Part shown: piece after piece, positions 8,880 to 18,716 of the stretch
How the letters are laid out: each line of letters opens with the position of its first letter
How positions within the stretch are numbered: the first letter of the stretch is position 1
IMG/VR virus record: IMGVR_UViG_3300026825_000002
Coordinates: 1-43,001 of that record
Source of the DNA: a virus
Taxonomy: Duplodnaviria; Caudoviricetes
Length of the DNA: 43,001 nucleotides
Strand: one strand, 5' to 3'
Made by a program: the position numbers and the translations under genes
Notes under the pieces: model-generated
The model's database searches: none
Seen by the model: the letters and a program-made list of their open reading frames with translations, nothing else
What the model was told of the DNA's origin: nothing

Positions 8880-9527
8880 TCAGCTCCAATCGATCAACAC
8901 ACGGCCGTGGCCACCCCAGCCCGTCCCCTCAAATGAGGTGTAGACCGGCGACCCGCCCGAACCCACCGTGACCTGCATGGTTTCGCCGGGGACGGGCGCG
9001 CCGGGCTGTCCGGCCGTGACCGTAATGTCCGAATAGCCGCCAGAGCCACCGCCACCGGGTCCGGAATACGTGTTGTAGCCGTTTGCGCCACCCGAGCCGC
9101 CGCCGGGAGAGCCGGCGTTGCCCGACCACTGGCCGTGTCCCGACATGCCCGCCGATCCGGCGCCGCCGAACGGCGCGCTTCCGCCGGAGCCGCCGCCATA
9201 GGGCACGCCGGAGCCGCCAGGATTGCCGTTCTGGGTCATGCCCGCGCCACCCGCACCGCCTGCGCCAAACTGCCCGCCGGAGCTGAGCCAGCCGCGCTGA
9301 CCCCCGCCGGCAGTGACGCTGCCCGCCGAGGAGGGCTGCCCGTCCACACCGGCATAGCCCTCGCCCGACCGCTGGACGCCGCCCGACGCTCCGCCGCCCC
9401 ACACGCGACGGCGTAGGGTATTGTAGTTCGGGACCACGAACTGATAGGTGCCCGGCGAGGCGTAATCCGCCGAGCCCGGCACGACGCTGCCGCCGATGAG
9501 GAGGGCATTGACGAGACCGGGGATCAT
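8880..9527 (-). CDS. Glycine-rich tail fibre tip / adhesin-like protein (215 aa)
   Basis: VWGGGASGG...GGGGSGGYS...VTVGSGG...GHGRVLIDW; TAATG overlap with the fibre gene. Confidence 0.75.
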   Translation of the reverse strand: MIPGLVNALLIGGSVVPGSADYASPGTYQFVVPNYNTLRRRVWGGGASGGVQRSGEGYAGVDGQPSSAGSVTAGGGQRGWLSSGGQFGAGGAGGAGMTQNGNPGGSGVPYGGGSGGSAPFGGAGSAGMSGHGQWSGNAGSPGGGSGGANGYNTYSGPGGGGSGGYSDITVTAGQPGAPVPGETMQVTVGSGGSPVYTSFEGTGWGGHGRVLIDWS

Positions 9528-10978
9528 TACACCAGCCCCGCGATGCTGGAGCCGATCACGAACCCGCTGTGCAGGACCTGATAGGCGACGACGTTGGTCC
9601 GGCTGGCGCCGGTGTTCATGCTTGGGGCATTCCCGTTGGCGAAGCGCCATGCCGATCCGAACGCCACCGTCCTGCCGCCTGTCGTGTCCTGCTGAAGGAC
9701 GATCAGGCCGGTCTGGCCTGCCTTGGCATTCGTCGGGTTGCCGATCGTGATGTTGCCGCCGAGCACGTTGTGGAAGTTGAGGCCTGCGCCGAAATTCGGC
9801 GCGTAGGTGCCCGCCGCGAGCGTCGAGCCCCCGGCGCCGGACAGGCCGACGTAGCCGGCCGCCGCCCAGACGCCGTCTGAGGTCAGGACCGTATTGGCCG
9901 TGCCCGCGCGGAACTGGGCCGCAGTCGCCTTGTGACCGGCGTGCCAGATGGTGTTGCCGTTGAAGTCGACCGTGCCGTTGGCGCGAAGCGAAATCGTGCC
10001 CGCAGGGACTGCGGTCCCGTTGCCATCGTCGACATAGACCCGCAGGTGCGCATCGCCGGTGTTGCGATCCCAATAGAACAGCGCGCGGTTGTTGCCGGCA
10101 GGATCCTGCAGCCAGACATGCGCGTTGCCGTTGGTCGCCGCTCGGGCGGCCAGCCGGTCAGTGGCGAGCAGCGGCCCGGACAGACTGCCGCCCGAGGTGT
10201 TGAGCTTGGACGCCGGGTCGAAAGTCTGGGCGTCCCACATCTGCCGCCACGGCTGCCAGGCGCCGTTGATGCAAAGGCGCTTCCAGCTCGCCCCGTTGCT
10301 GTGATTGAGGGCGGTCGCGATCTGCTCGACGTAGAGGCCCGAATTGCTGTGCCGCTGAACCTGTACGTAGTACCAGGTGCTGCTGCCTGCGCCGGTTGGC
10401 CCATTTGCGAGATTGCTGCCGTCGTAGAAGCCGGGCGTCGTCAGAGCATCGAGGTCGGTGCCCGAGATCGCCTTGGCCTTGCCGTAGGTGAATTCTCCCC
10501 CGACCGCCAGATTGCCGGTGATCGCGCCGCCGGCGACGTCGAGCTTGCCAGCAAGCCCGTTGATGATCGCCGCGACATTCTCCGCCTGCAGGTGGGACGG
10601 GAACCGCGCGTCCTCGATGGTGCCGGAGCGGATGTCGCCGGCGGCGATTTGGGCCGGCACCCACACGCCACCGACCAGCTTGAAGAACATGCCGTTGGCG
10701 GCCTGTTGAAGGTCAACCCCTTGCAGGGCGCCGAGCTGGTGCGAGTGATCGGAGGCCGCCTTGCCCTGCAACGCCGTCACGAGACCGACGATGTGCTCGA
10801 TCTGGTGCTCGTGCTCCAATGGAGCCTTGCCGAGCACGGCCGCGATAAGCGCGCCGACGTCGCCGTCGATCTGCGACAGCGCCTCGATGAGCCGCACCAC
10901 ATCATCCCGGAGCTTGTTGCTCTGGTCCGGCAGTGCGTAGTTGCGGCTCTGCGTGCGGTTGTCGATGACGTCTGCCAT
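9527..10978 (-). CDS. Tail fibre protein with pyocin-knob-like domain
   Basis: DLDALTTPGFY...WYYVQVQ...WQPWRQ knob pattern; HxH repeats; position after the baseplate genes. Confidence 0.85.
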   Translation of the reverse strand: MADVIDNRTQSRNYALPDQSNKLRDDVVRLIEALSQIDGDVGALIAAVLGKAPLEHEHQIEHIVGLVTALQGKAASDHSHQLGALQGVDLQQAANGMFFKLVGGVWVPAQIAAGDIRSGTIEDARFPSHLQAENVAAIINGLAGKLDVAGGAITGNLAVGGEFTYGKAKAISGTDLDALTTPGFYDGSNLANGPTGAGSSTWYYVQVQRHSNSGLYVEQIATALNHSNGASWKRLCINGAWQPWRQMWDAQTFDPASKLNTSGGSLSGPLLATDRLAARAATNGNAHVWLQDPAGNNRALFYWDRNTGDAHLRVYVDDGNGTAVPAGTISLRANGTVDFNGNTIWHAGHKATAAQFRAGTANTVLTSDGVWAAAGYVGLSGAGGSTLAAGTYAPNFGAGLNFHNVLGGNITIGNPTNAKAGQTGLIVLQQDTTGGRTVAFGSAWRFANGNAPSMNTGASRTNVVAYQVLHSGFVIGSSIAGLV

Positions 10979-10985
10979 GTGACCC

Positions 10986-13900
10986 TCAGACCGAATAGGC
11001 GCGCAGGCGGGCGATGGACGGGCGGGCGCCGGGGCTGCCTGTCAGCGTGATGCGGATGCGCCCTTGCTGGGCGGTGAAGTTGGTCCGCTCATAGCGAGGC
11101 TCGGTCCAGCCACCGCCGAGGACGCCGGCGCCGGCCGCCGAGAGCGGTTGCCAGTTGTTGTCGGTGCCGTCCACGTGGACCGCGACCGCCGAGCCGGCCG
11201 GTAGCCGCGCCGCGAACAGGGCCGCGACGCGCACCGCATTGCCCATGTCGAATGCGCGGGTGATGTAGGTGCCGGAGGGGCGGATGCGCCCGCCGACGAG
11301 CGTCGTGCCCGGATAGAGGATCGGCGCCACCTTGGCCGTGCCGGTCAGCACGGCCCGGAGCGTGACCTCGCCCGTCACGAACTCGCTGAACGCGACCCCC
11401 TGCCCAGGCGCCAGCGCAATCACGGTCGAGCCGCTGACGAGCTCGTAGCGGAACCGGGCGGCGTCGCTCGGGATGTCGACCGTGCCGCGTACGAGGACGT
11501 CGCTGATCTGCTGGAACTCGCCGGTCCACAGGTCGATCGTGCGGCTCGTGGCGGTGAACTTTGCCGCGACCAGCTCGAAGTGCATCGCCGTGTCCTGGTG
11601 CGCCGTCCAGGCGAGGCGGTTCACCGATGAGAACAACGGCGCGACGGTGTACGGGTGCGACGAGACGCGCTGCTGGGTGAGCGGATCGACGTCGCCGAGC
11701 CGGGCGATCGCTACGGCATGGTCGGCATCCGCCGTCAGGACGACAAAGCAGAACTGGCGGTCGGCCGGCAGGAAGACGGGTGTGCGGAAGCGCGCTTCCA
11801 CCAACTCGCCCACCTCGACCGTCTGCATGTTGACGAAGGCCTCGGCGAGCACCTCATTGGTCGGATAGCCGTTGAGGACCGTGGAGAGCTGCACGCGCAC
11901 GCCGTTAGCCCGGTTGCCGATCGCGGTGAAGCGGAAGTTGATCCCCGCGATGTGCCGCGGCTCGGGCAATGTGAAGGGCTGCGCCAGCGGATCCGACGAG
12001 CCGCCTTCGCCGCTCGACTGATCGGCCCCCTGCTGCTGCTGTGCCTCGGGCTGGCGGATCACCACGTTGGTGATCTGGTTGACCACGGTGATGTTGGTGA
12101 TCTGCACCGGATCGGGCGCCGCCCGCGCCACCAGCGTGACGCGGCGCATGGTGTTGATGTCGACCGTGCCCTCGCCGACGAAGATGGCTTGGGCGAAGCC
12201 GCCGGCGGCGCCCTCGGCGCGCACCATGCGGCGACCGGCCGGCATGTTGGCCGGGATCTGGAACGAGACTATGAGCCGCCCGTCCGGGCCGGTCGTCTGC
12301 GTACCGGGCGGCTTCACGTCGACGCCGTCGAAGTCGAGCTTCGACAGGTTCTCGTTGGGCGAGAAGCCCTCGATCGTCGCCTGGATGGGGATCTGGCGCA
12401 GGAACTCGGCTTGCGTGCGCTGGATCTCCACCACCTCGTTGATCGTGGTGGAGCCGGGTGGCGTGTCGGGCGCGGCGGTGAACTCACGCGTCACCGGCGA
12501 GGTCCACTGCGTCTGCACCTCCGTCCAGAAATCCGCCGCCGGCTCCAGCACGAGGGCGGCCGGCATGGCGGTGAAGTTCATGTACGGGTTGATCTTCATC
12601 GACGAGGTGCGCAGCGGCTGGCTGACGATCACCTCCTCCGCCCACGGCAGGGTCTCGATCGCCGAGCCGGCCCGCTGCATCAGCACATTGTCGATGGCGA
12701 GCTGCAGCACACCGCGGTTGATGGCGGCCGTCTGCACGGCGCCCTGGTCGCGGTAGAAGTCGTCGACGAACGCATCCGTGAAGATGCCGCGCTTGGCGAC
12801 CGGCTCGCGGGCGAGGATGTCGCGCTCGGCCTCGGAGCGGTCGAAGGTCTCCAGCACGTCGATCAGCCGGCCGAACAGGCGCCGCTGCTGGTCGAAGGTA
12901 TAGTTGCGCGTGCCGTTGTTGATGACGGTCGGCGCGCCGAACCAGTTGTGGTGCACCTCGGCGAGCTTGAGCAGCGAGGTCGGTGCGATCGGAGGCAGGC
13001 CGCCGTTGCGGGCGCTGATGCCGCGCACGTAGGCCGCGCGGCCCATGACGTCCATGCAGATGAGGTCGATCCTCGGCACCTTGGAGGTGTAGGAGACGAG
13101 CACCGGCCGGCCCTGTACGCCACCCGAGACGGTCACCTCGCGGTCGGTCACGTTGTCCGGCACGACGGCGACGTTGTAGAGGTAGGTGACCTGATAGGAC
13201 GAGCCGGGCGCGGGCTCGGCACCGCCGGGCGCCCAGGAGACGCCATCACCGGCAAGGGCATAGGTGGACGACGCGAAGGTCGTTCCGCCCTGCACGACGC
13301 TCTCGATCTCCACGACCGCCGGGAACTGCAGCGGATCCGTGCCGCCGGCCACCGGGCCGCGCACGAGCGTCTCCGTCACGCGCTTGACGACGATGGCCGA
13401 GGTGACGGCCGCGATCGGCGGACGCGACACCGCGACGATGGAAGAGCCGCCGGTCGGGCCGGTGAATGTGTGCGGCTCGGCCGCGATCGGCTCGAGGTCG
13501 GGATCCTCGGGCACGGCATAGCGCAGCGCCGTCTCCCTGATCCGCTTGAAGCCGCTGATGTTGGCCGTGCCGGCCGCGATCGAATAGACCTGATCCGTGC
13601 CGATGCGGCCGAGCGGCGTCACCTCGCAGCCGTCGACGATGTAGTGCCCGAGGGCGTCGTAGTCGTAGCGGGCGATCTGCTGGATGACGCCGGTGAGCGC
13701 CGGCGGCGGCATCTGGTCGATGACGGTGCCGTCGCGCAGCACGTAGACCGAGATGAATTCGCCGGGCTGCTCGTCATCGGCAAGCGCCCACACGAGGTGC
13801 TCGGCGACGCGCGCGGCGCCGGGCTCGCCCTCGCCCTCGGTGCCCGGATGCAGGCCGACCAGCGACGGCTCATCGTCCTCGGTGACAACCGTGCCAATCA

Positions 13901-14237
13901 GGCGCACGCCGACGCGCACCTCGCCGGTCATCGGCACGTCGGTGAGGACCGCCGCCTCGACGGGACGCACATCGCCGGCGACATAGATGCGGCCGGCGGT
14001 GAGCGAGACGGTGCCGGCCTCGGTATCGACGATGATATCGGCCCCCTCCTGGCGGTCCCCGTCCTTGGCGATGAGGTTGCCGATGCGGCGCACGCGGCGC
14101 TCGCCGAGCGACTGGATCTCGTTGATCTCCGCCGCCTGGGCGATGCGGTCCTCGCGCATGACCACGCGCGCCCAATCGGGATGGTCCGCCGACCTGTCGT
14201 AGGCGCCGGGGACACCGGAAGGATGCTCGTGGGACAT
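10986..14237 (-). CDS. Large baseplate/tail protein, DUF4815-like (1083 aa)
   Basis: AQAAEINEIQ, GIFTDAFVDD, DPLAQPFTL motifs. Confidence 0.8.
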   Translation of the reverse strand: MSHEHPSGVPGAYDRSADHPDWARVVMREDRIAQAAEINEIQSLGERRVRRIGNLIAKDGDRQEGADIIVDTEAGTVSLTAGRIYVAGDVRPVEAAVLTDVPMTGEVRVGVRLIGTVVTEDDEPSLVGLHPGTEGEGEPGAARVAEHLVWALADDEQPGEFISVYVLRDGTVIDQMPPPALTGVIQQIARYDYDALGHYIVDGCEVTPLGRIGTDQVYSIAAGTANISGFKRIRETALRYAVPEDPDLEPIAAEPHTFTGPTGGSSIVAVSRPPIAAVTSAIVVKRVTETLVRGPVAGGTDPLQFPAVVEIESVVQGGTTFASSTYALAGDGVSWAPGGAEPAPGSSYQVTYLYNVAVVPDNVTDREVTVSGGVQGRPVLVSYTSKVPRIDLICMDVMGRAAYVRGISARNGGLPPIAPTSLLKLAEVHHNWFGAPTVINNGTRNYTFDQQRRLFGRLIDVLETFDRSEAERDILAREPVAKRGIFTDAFVDDFYRDQGAVQTAAINRGVLQLAIDNVLMQRAGSAIETLPWAEEVIVSQPLRTSSMKINPYMNFTAMPAALVLEPAADFWTEVQTQWTSPVTREFTAAPDTPPGSTTINEVVEIQRTQAEFLRQIPIQATIEGFSPNENLSKLDFDGVDVKPPGTQTTGPDGRLIVSFQIPANMPAGRRMVRAEGAAGGFAQAIFVGEGTVDINTMRRVTLVARAAPDPVQITNITVVNQITNVVIRQPEAQQQQGADQSSGEGGSSDPLAQPFTLPEPRHIAGINFRFTAIGNRANGVRVQLSTVLNGYPTNEVLAEAFVNMQTVEVGELVEARFRTPVFLPADRQFCFVVLTADADHAVAIARLGDVDPLTQQRVSSHPYTVAPLFSSVNRLAWTAHQDTAMHFELVAAKFTATSRTIDLWTGEFQQISDVLVRGTVDIPSDAARFRYELVSGSTVIALAPGQGVAFSEFVTGEVTLRAVLTGTAKVAPILYPGTTLVGGRIRPSGTYITRAFDMGNAVRVAALFAARLPAGSAVAVHVDGTDNNWQPLSAAGAGVLGGGWTEPRYERTNFTAQQGRIRITLTGSPGARPSIARLRAYSV

Positions 14238-14246
14238 GGTCGCTCC

Positions 14247-15356
14247 TCAGAAGCGCAGGACGGCCCGCACGCGCTCGCGCACGGTGCGGCCGAATTCGAT
14301 GGAGACAGGGGTTTCGGCGACCACCGGCCCGGCCGGGACGATGCCGCCTGCCGGCAGCCACCGGGCGCCGGGCGCAAAGCCGGCCGCGGGGACAGCCGAG
14401 AGAACGAAGCCGACGCTGAATGCCGTCGAGCCAAAGCCGTCGCCGAAATCGGTCATGGCCTCGACATAGAGGCGCGTGGCACCGGAAAGCTCGACCGCAT
14501 ATCGGTTGCTGCCGATGGCATAGATGCCGCCGGGTGCCGGCCGCACGGGCCAGCGAGCGCGCGCCCGGCGATAGCCGATGACGGCGCCGTCCGCGTCGCG
14601 GAATACGGCCCAGGCGGTGCCGGCCGGTACGGCCGCCAGCATGGCGACGGAGCGTGCGTGTTCGGCGTCCGAGGTCCAGGGCGCATCGGGCCATGGGATA
14701 TCGTCCCAGCCCAGCTCGATCTCGCCCGTCGGCTCGATCCAGACGCCGAGCGCCTGCAGCTCGGCCTGGGTCATGGCGTGGTCGATGTCGTAGGGCCGGC
14801 CGAACGACCATTTGACGTCCGACTGCGGGATGCGAGCACCCGAATAGGCGCTCCAGAGCGTCTGCCCCCAGCGCGTGCGGCCCCATTCCAGCGCCCGGAC
14901 GTCGTAGCCGTGATAGCCGCGCCAGAACGTGGAGCGCTTCGGCAGGGAGAGCGTGGTGACGCCGTCGATACGGATAAGGTCCGCTTCGTTGTCCCGCACC
15001 CGCTCGAGCGCGATCTGCAGCACGTTCCAGAAGCGCCGGCGCGGCGGCGCCTCGTCGAGAGCCGCGCTGTATCCGAGCCAGCCGAGCGCCCGGAATACGG
15101 AGGCCGGCGTGCCGCGGACCCGCTGCCAGTCGATGCCTTCGTCGATCAGCTCGTACAGGTTCGGAACATAGGGCTGCAGCTCGCCGAGCCCGTATTCGTA
15201 GACGAGGAACGGCAGCCAGCTCGGTGGCGGGTTGCCGAGCTTCAGCCGCCGCATGGCTGTTACATTGGCCCCGACCCGCTCATAAACGTCCGTCGATGCC
15301 GAGAGCGTACGCTCCAGCGGGGTCGAGCTGTCCGGCTGAAGGTGGGGCAGCTCCAT
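14247..15356 (-). CDS. Baseplate/tail protein I (P2 gpI-like)
   Basis: STPLERTLS...LPFLVYEYGL...RVRGTPASV; follows J. Confidence 0.85.
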   Translation of the reverse strand: MELPHLQPDSSTPLERTLSASTDVYERVGANVTAMRRLKLGNPPPSWLPFLVYEYGLGELQPYVPNLYELIDEGIDWQRVRGTPASVFRALGWLGYSAALDEAPPRRRFWNVLQIALERVRDNEADLIRIDGVTTLSLPKRSTFWRGYHGYDVRALEWGRTRWGQTLWSAYSGARIPQSDVKWSFGRPYDIDHAMTQAELQALGVWIEPTGEIELGWDDIPWPDAPWTSDAEHARSVAMLAAVPAGTAWAVFRDADGAVIGYRRARARWPVRPAPGGIYAIGSNRYAVELSGATRLYVEAMTDFGDGFGSTAFSVGFVLSAVPAAGFAPGARWLPAGGIVPAGPVVAETPVSIEFGRTVRERVRAVLRF

Positions 15357-16237
15357 CAGTAGTCGCGCCCCCGGTTGTTGAGCTGGATCTGCCCGATGGC
15401 GAGCGCCTCGTGCGGCTCGGCCCGCACGTCGGCGCCGGGCTGCAGGAGCTGCACCTTGTAGACACCGGTGCGCATGAGACGTGCTGTCGCCCAGGCGAGC
15501 GTCAGGTCGAAGCCGAGCCCGGTCTCCGTCATCCATGCTTCGCGCAGGGATGCCGACAGGGTGCCGAGCACCGTGTCGGGCGTATCAGGCAGCAACCAGA
15601 CGTCGGCCACGATGTCGACGACGTTGAAGATGGCGGAGCGCACGACGATCGTGTCGTTGATCAGCCTCACCTCGTCGTCGTTCAACGCGGCCGAGACCTG
15701 CGCAAGAAGCGCGGCATCGGCGACGCCGCTGTTGTCGGCAGCGTAGACGGCGACGAAGATGGTCGGATCCCGGCCGACCCGATAGACGCGGGCATCCGCC
15801 ACGCGCAGGGACGCGGCCAGGGCGACGCCCCGATAGCGAGGCGCGGTGCCACCGGTCGAGCGGCCCTGGATGGCGAGAATGACGCGCAGGCGAAGGCGAT
15901 CGTCCAGCTCGCCCGGAAGCCGAACGACGTCATAGAAAGCGGCGAGATGGTCGAGATCGGAGCCCTTCGCAAAAGCGAGCAGGCTCGCCCGCACCGCCTC
16001 GTTGATGCGCTGGCGCACGAGCAGCTCGCGATAGGCGCCGGTCTGGAGCGCGATCGTGACCGGCTCCGACTCGAGCAGGACCGTGTTGACCGAGGGCAGC
16101 TCGGGCTTGGCGAGCCGCAGTTCCTCCCAGCGGCGCGTGAACTCCTGCGTCGCCGCGTCGAGGAGCATCTCGAACTCGAGCTCATCGATCGCCTGGGGCG
16201 GCGGGAGGGCGGCAAGGTCGATGGCGGTGATGCCCAT
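15356..16237 (-). CDS. Baseplate J-like protein
   Basis: IDLAALPPPQAI...LESEP...AYRELLVRQRINEA...GSDLDHLAA. Confidence 0.93.
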   Translation of the reverse strand: MGITAIDLAALPPPQAIDELEFEMLLDAATQEFTRRWEELRLAKPELPSVNTVLLESEPVTIALQTGAYRELLVRQRINEAVRASLLAFAKGSDLDHLAAFYDVVRLPGELDDRLRLRVILAIQGRSTGGTAPRYRGVALAASLRVADARVYRVGRDPTIFVAVYAADNSGVADAALLAQVSAALNDDEVRLINDTIVVRSAIFNVVDIVADVWLLPDTPDTVLGTLSASLREAWMTETGLGFDLTLAWATARLMRTGVYKVQLLQPGADVRAEPHEALAIGQIQLNNRGRDY

Positions 16238-16632
16238 CAGGCCGCCTCCCTCACGAGGCGCAGGCCCGTATCGGCGGCAAGCGCCACCTCGCGCTCCTCG
16301 CTCGTGCTGTAATCGCCGAGATGGCCGTTCGGATAGAAGACGCCGGTGATCTCGAAGGCGAAGACGCCATCAGCGCCGGCGCGGATCAGGCGGATCGTCC
16401 TGAGGCGAAAGCCCGGCTCCCACTGGCGCAGCGCGGCCGCGATGGCAGTGTAGACGCGCATGATGTTCATGGGCGTGGCATTGCGGTCCTGCAGGTCGAG
16501 CGCGGCCGAGCCGAAGGCGCGGCGCATCACCCGCTGGCCCACGCGCGTTGTGAGGATCTTGCCGATCGACTGGACGCAATGATCCCAGCCAGTCAGCAGC
16601 TTCCCCGTCTGCGCATCCATGCCCACCCGCAC
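16237..16632 (-). CDS. Baseplate wedge W / gp25 family
   Basis: GMDAQTG...QSIGKILTTRVGQRVMRRAFGS...WEP. Confidence 0.93.
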   Translation of the reverse strand: MRVGMDAQTGKLLTGWDHCVQSIGKILTTRVGQRVMRRAFGSAALDLQDRNATPMNIMRVYTAIAAALRQWEPGFRLRTIRLIRAGADGVFAFEITGVFYPNGHLGDYSTSEEREVALAADTGLRLVREAA

Positions 16633-16636
16633 GGGA

Positions 16637-16843
16637 TCAATCCTTGCGCTTCGTGGTCGGCGTCGCCGCCGGCCGCTCGATCACGCCGGACAGCAGCTCG
16701 TATTTCGCCTCCGCCTCGGTGAGGCGCAGCTCATGGCCGACCTTCGGGCGGACGGCACCGTCGATCTTCTCGGCCGGGATCTTCCGGCCGGCGACCCACC
16801 AGCCTGCCTTGTCCGTGGTGCGGAACAGCTTCGTCTCGGACAT
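16637..16843 (-). CDS. Small hypothetical baseplate-region protein
   Basis: GAGGAG SD; tight packing; LRLTEAEAKYE motif. Confidence 0.75.
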   Translation of the reverse strand: MSETKLFRTTDKAGWWVAGRKIPAEKIDGAVRPKVGHELRLTEAEAKYELLSGVIERPAATPTTKRKD

Positions 16844-16853
16844 GCGTCTCTCC

Positions 16854-17126
16854 TCACTCGTCGATCAGGAACCAGCCCCGCCCGGTGGTGGCGTGGCCGC
16901 AGTTGGCGAGATGGCCGGCCCGGCAGACCGGCACGCCGTCGATGCTCATCCAGGGCGATCCCTGCGCCATGATCGGAGCGGTGTGCAGCGGTACGAGCGG
17001 CAGGTGCGGCGTGACGGGATCGCCGCGCAGAACGACGAGCTGGCCCTCGACCGAGAACCAGTCCTGCCCGCCGGCGAGCTGGGCGCCGCCGGCGATGTCG
17101 AGGGCTTTGACCGCGATCCCCGGCAT
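16854..17126 (-). CDS. PAAR-like spike tip protein
   Basis: GDPVTPH...IDGVPVCRAGHLANCGH with Zn-ligand His/Cys; follows V. Confidence 0.85.
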   Translation of the reverse strand: MPGIAVKALDIAGGAQLAGGQDWFSVEGQLVVLRGDPVTPHLPLVPLHTAPIMAQGSPWMSIDGVPVCRAGHLANCGHATTGRGWFLIDE

Positions 17127-17653
17127 CAGGCCTTCACCCCGCGGAACTGCTGCGCCATGAGCGTGACGGCGGCATCGGTGAGCACGAAGGAGGAGGCGCC
17201 CCGCTTCAGCTCGATCCGCTCGGCCGTGACGACGAACACCGTGTCGGCGACCTGCAGCTGGATCTCGCCATCCTTGATGGCGATGGTGGCGTTGCCGATG
17301 GTGATGATCTCGCCGTGTTCCTCGGCCGAGCCGGGTGAGGGAAAATCCTCGACGTGGCCGCCGGGCAGGACACGAGAGTGCGCACCGATCTCCCCGCCGG
17401 GCGACATGACGATGGCCGGCTCGCCCTTGCCCATGCGGGTGTAACGCGAGACGCCCTGGCCGTTCTTGCCGGCCGAGGCCGCCTGGGCGAGGAACGGCGA
17501 GACGAACGGCCCGCCGGCGGCGCCTTCGTCGTCAAAACGCACCTTCACCTGGGCGCCCCTGGTCTCCTCGACCGTGCCGACCAGGAGGAGCGCCCCGAGC
17601 CGGCGCTCCAGCGCCGCGACGCGCTTGCGCAGATCCCGCTCGCCGCCGCTCAT
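17126..17653 (-). CDS. Baseplate spike / assembly protein V
   Basis: OB-fold-like N-terminus, GEPAIVMSPGGE, beta-repeat C-terminus. Confidence 0.85.
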   Translation of the reverse strand: MSGGERDLRKRVAALERRLGALLLVGTVEETRGAQVKVRFDDEGAAGGPFVSPFLAQAASAGKNGQGVSRYTRMGKGEPAIVMSPGGEIGAHSRVLPGGHVEDFPSPGSAEEHGEIITIGNATIAIKDGEIQLQVADTVFVVTAERIELKRGASSFVLTDAAVTLMAQQFRGVKA

Positions 17654-18237
17654 GTTCCGTCTCCCGCCGTGCGGGGCGGCTCCGGCTCCCCGTCGCCGAT
17701 GGCGATGCCGTCCGGCGTCCACCGATTGCGACCGGTCTCGATCGCCGCCTGGATGGCCGGCCGCGCGATATGGGCGTCGAGCAGGCGCCACTTCGTTTCC
17801 AGCAGCGCGATCGCGACGGCGTGCTTGTTGCTCTGCTCGGAGACGGCGACGAGTTGGTCGCCGATGTCGGCGGCTTGCAGCTGGCCGAGCCCGACATAGG
17901 GATCGAACATCAACTCGACCGTGCAGCGATCGAGGAGGCCGAGCGCCGCGAGGTCGGCCGACGACAGCTCGGGGTTGGCGCGCCCCTGCCGGCCGGCGAC
18001 GACGACGATGGCGACGGAGACGTCGAGGTCCAGGCCGCCGTCTTCCCGCTTCACCGGTTTGCTGCGCATGAAGCACACCCGCGCGGTCGGAGCGCGTGTC
18101 GAATCGTTGACCAGGTCGGCGAGGTCGTAGCGGTCGAGCTCGACGCGCACCTCGGTGAAGACGGGCCTGTTCGCCTCGTCTCGCGCAGCACGCAGCTTGC
18201 CTGCGACGGCGGTGAGCAGTGCGGCCACGCGGCTCAT
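17650..18237 (-). CDS. Tail completion/terminator-like protein (Mu gp37 position)
   Basis: Synteny and 4-nt overlaps on both sides; family not firmly recognised. Confidence 0.6.
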   Translation of the reverse strand: MSRVAALLTAVAGKLRAARDEANRPVFTEVRVELDRYDLADLVNDSTRAPTARVCFMRSKPVKREDGGLDLDVSVAIVVVAGRQGRANPELSSADLAALGLLDRCTVELMFDPYVGLGQLQAADIGDQLVAVSEQSNKHAVAIALLETKWRLLDAHIARPAIQAAIETGRNRWTPDGIAIGDGEPEPPRTAGDGT

Positions 18238-18716
18238 TGGAAGAGCCTCCGCAGATAGCCGACGGCCGCGGCGACCAGCTCGGCGCGATCCTCGACCGAC
18301 AGGCCGATGTAGGGTCGGGCCGGCATGGTGACCTTGCGGGTCATGATGAACTGGTTGCCGATGCGGAAGGCGAGCGCACCGGCCGAGCGCGGCTTGATGG
18401 CGCCGCCGTGCTGGTGGATGGCCGCATAGACCAGGCCCGAGCCGACGATGGCCGCGTTGCCCGAGACGGCGTAGTCGATGGAGCGGGCGAGCGTGCCGGT
18501 GCGGTGGAGAATCGGCGTGCGCCGCTCGGCGTTCGGTTTCCAGGCCGAGCCGTCCGGTGCCGGCCCGCCCGAGATCAGCCGGTCGACCGTTTGTTCGCGG
18601 ATGAGCCGGGCGAGCGCTTCGAGCAGCGTCTCGCTTTGAAGCGGGTTCAAACGCGCGAGAACCGCCTCGATCGTGCCGAAGCCGGAGAGGTCGAGGCGGA
18701 CGGTCAGCGCGCTCAC
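18234..18716 (-). CDS. Virion morphogenesis protein (Mu gpG-like)
   Basis: APDGSAWKP, ILHRTGTLARSI, YAAIHQHGG, MPARPYIGLS. Confidence 0.93.
   Translation of the reverse strand: MSALTVRLDLSGFGTIEAVLARLNPLQSETLLEALARLIREQTVDRLISGGPAPDGSAWKPNAERRTPILHRTGTLARSIDYAVSGNAAIVGSGLVYAAIHQHGGAIKPRSAGALAFRIGNQFIMTRKVTMPARPYIGLSVEDRAELVAAAVGYLRRLFQ

Noticed and set aside
8287-10978. Invertible G-segment or diversity-generating retroelement
   Set aside because: No invertase, reverse transcriptase, flanking inverted repeats or template/variable repeat pair seen
11655-15362. 1235-aa plus-strand ORF (likewise 23465-26956, 5808-7688, 1049-2584, 37429-39162)
   Set aside because: Antisense shadow frames of well-supported GC-rich minus-strand genes; no recognisable motifs
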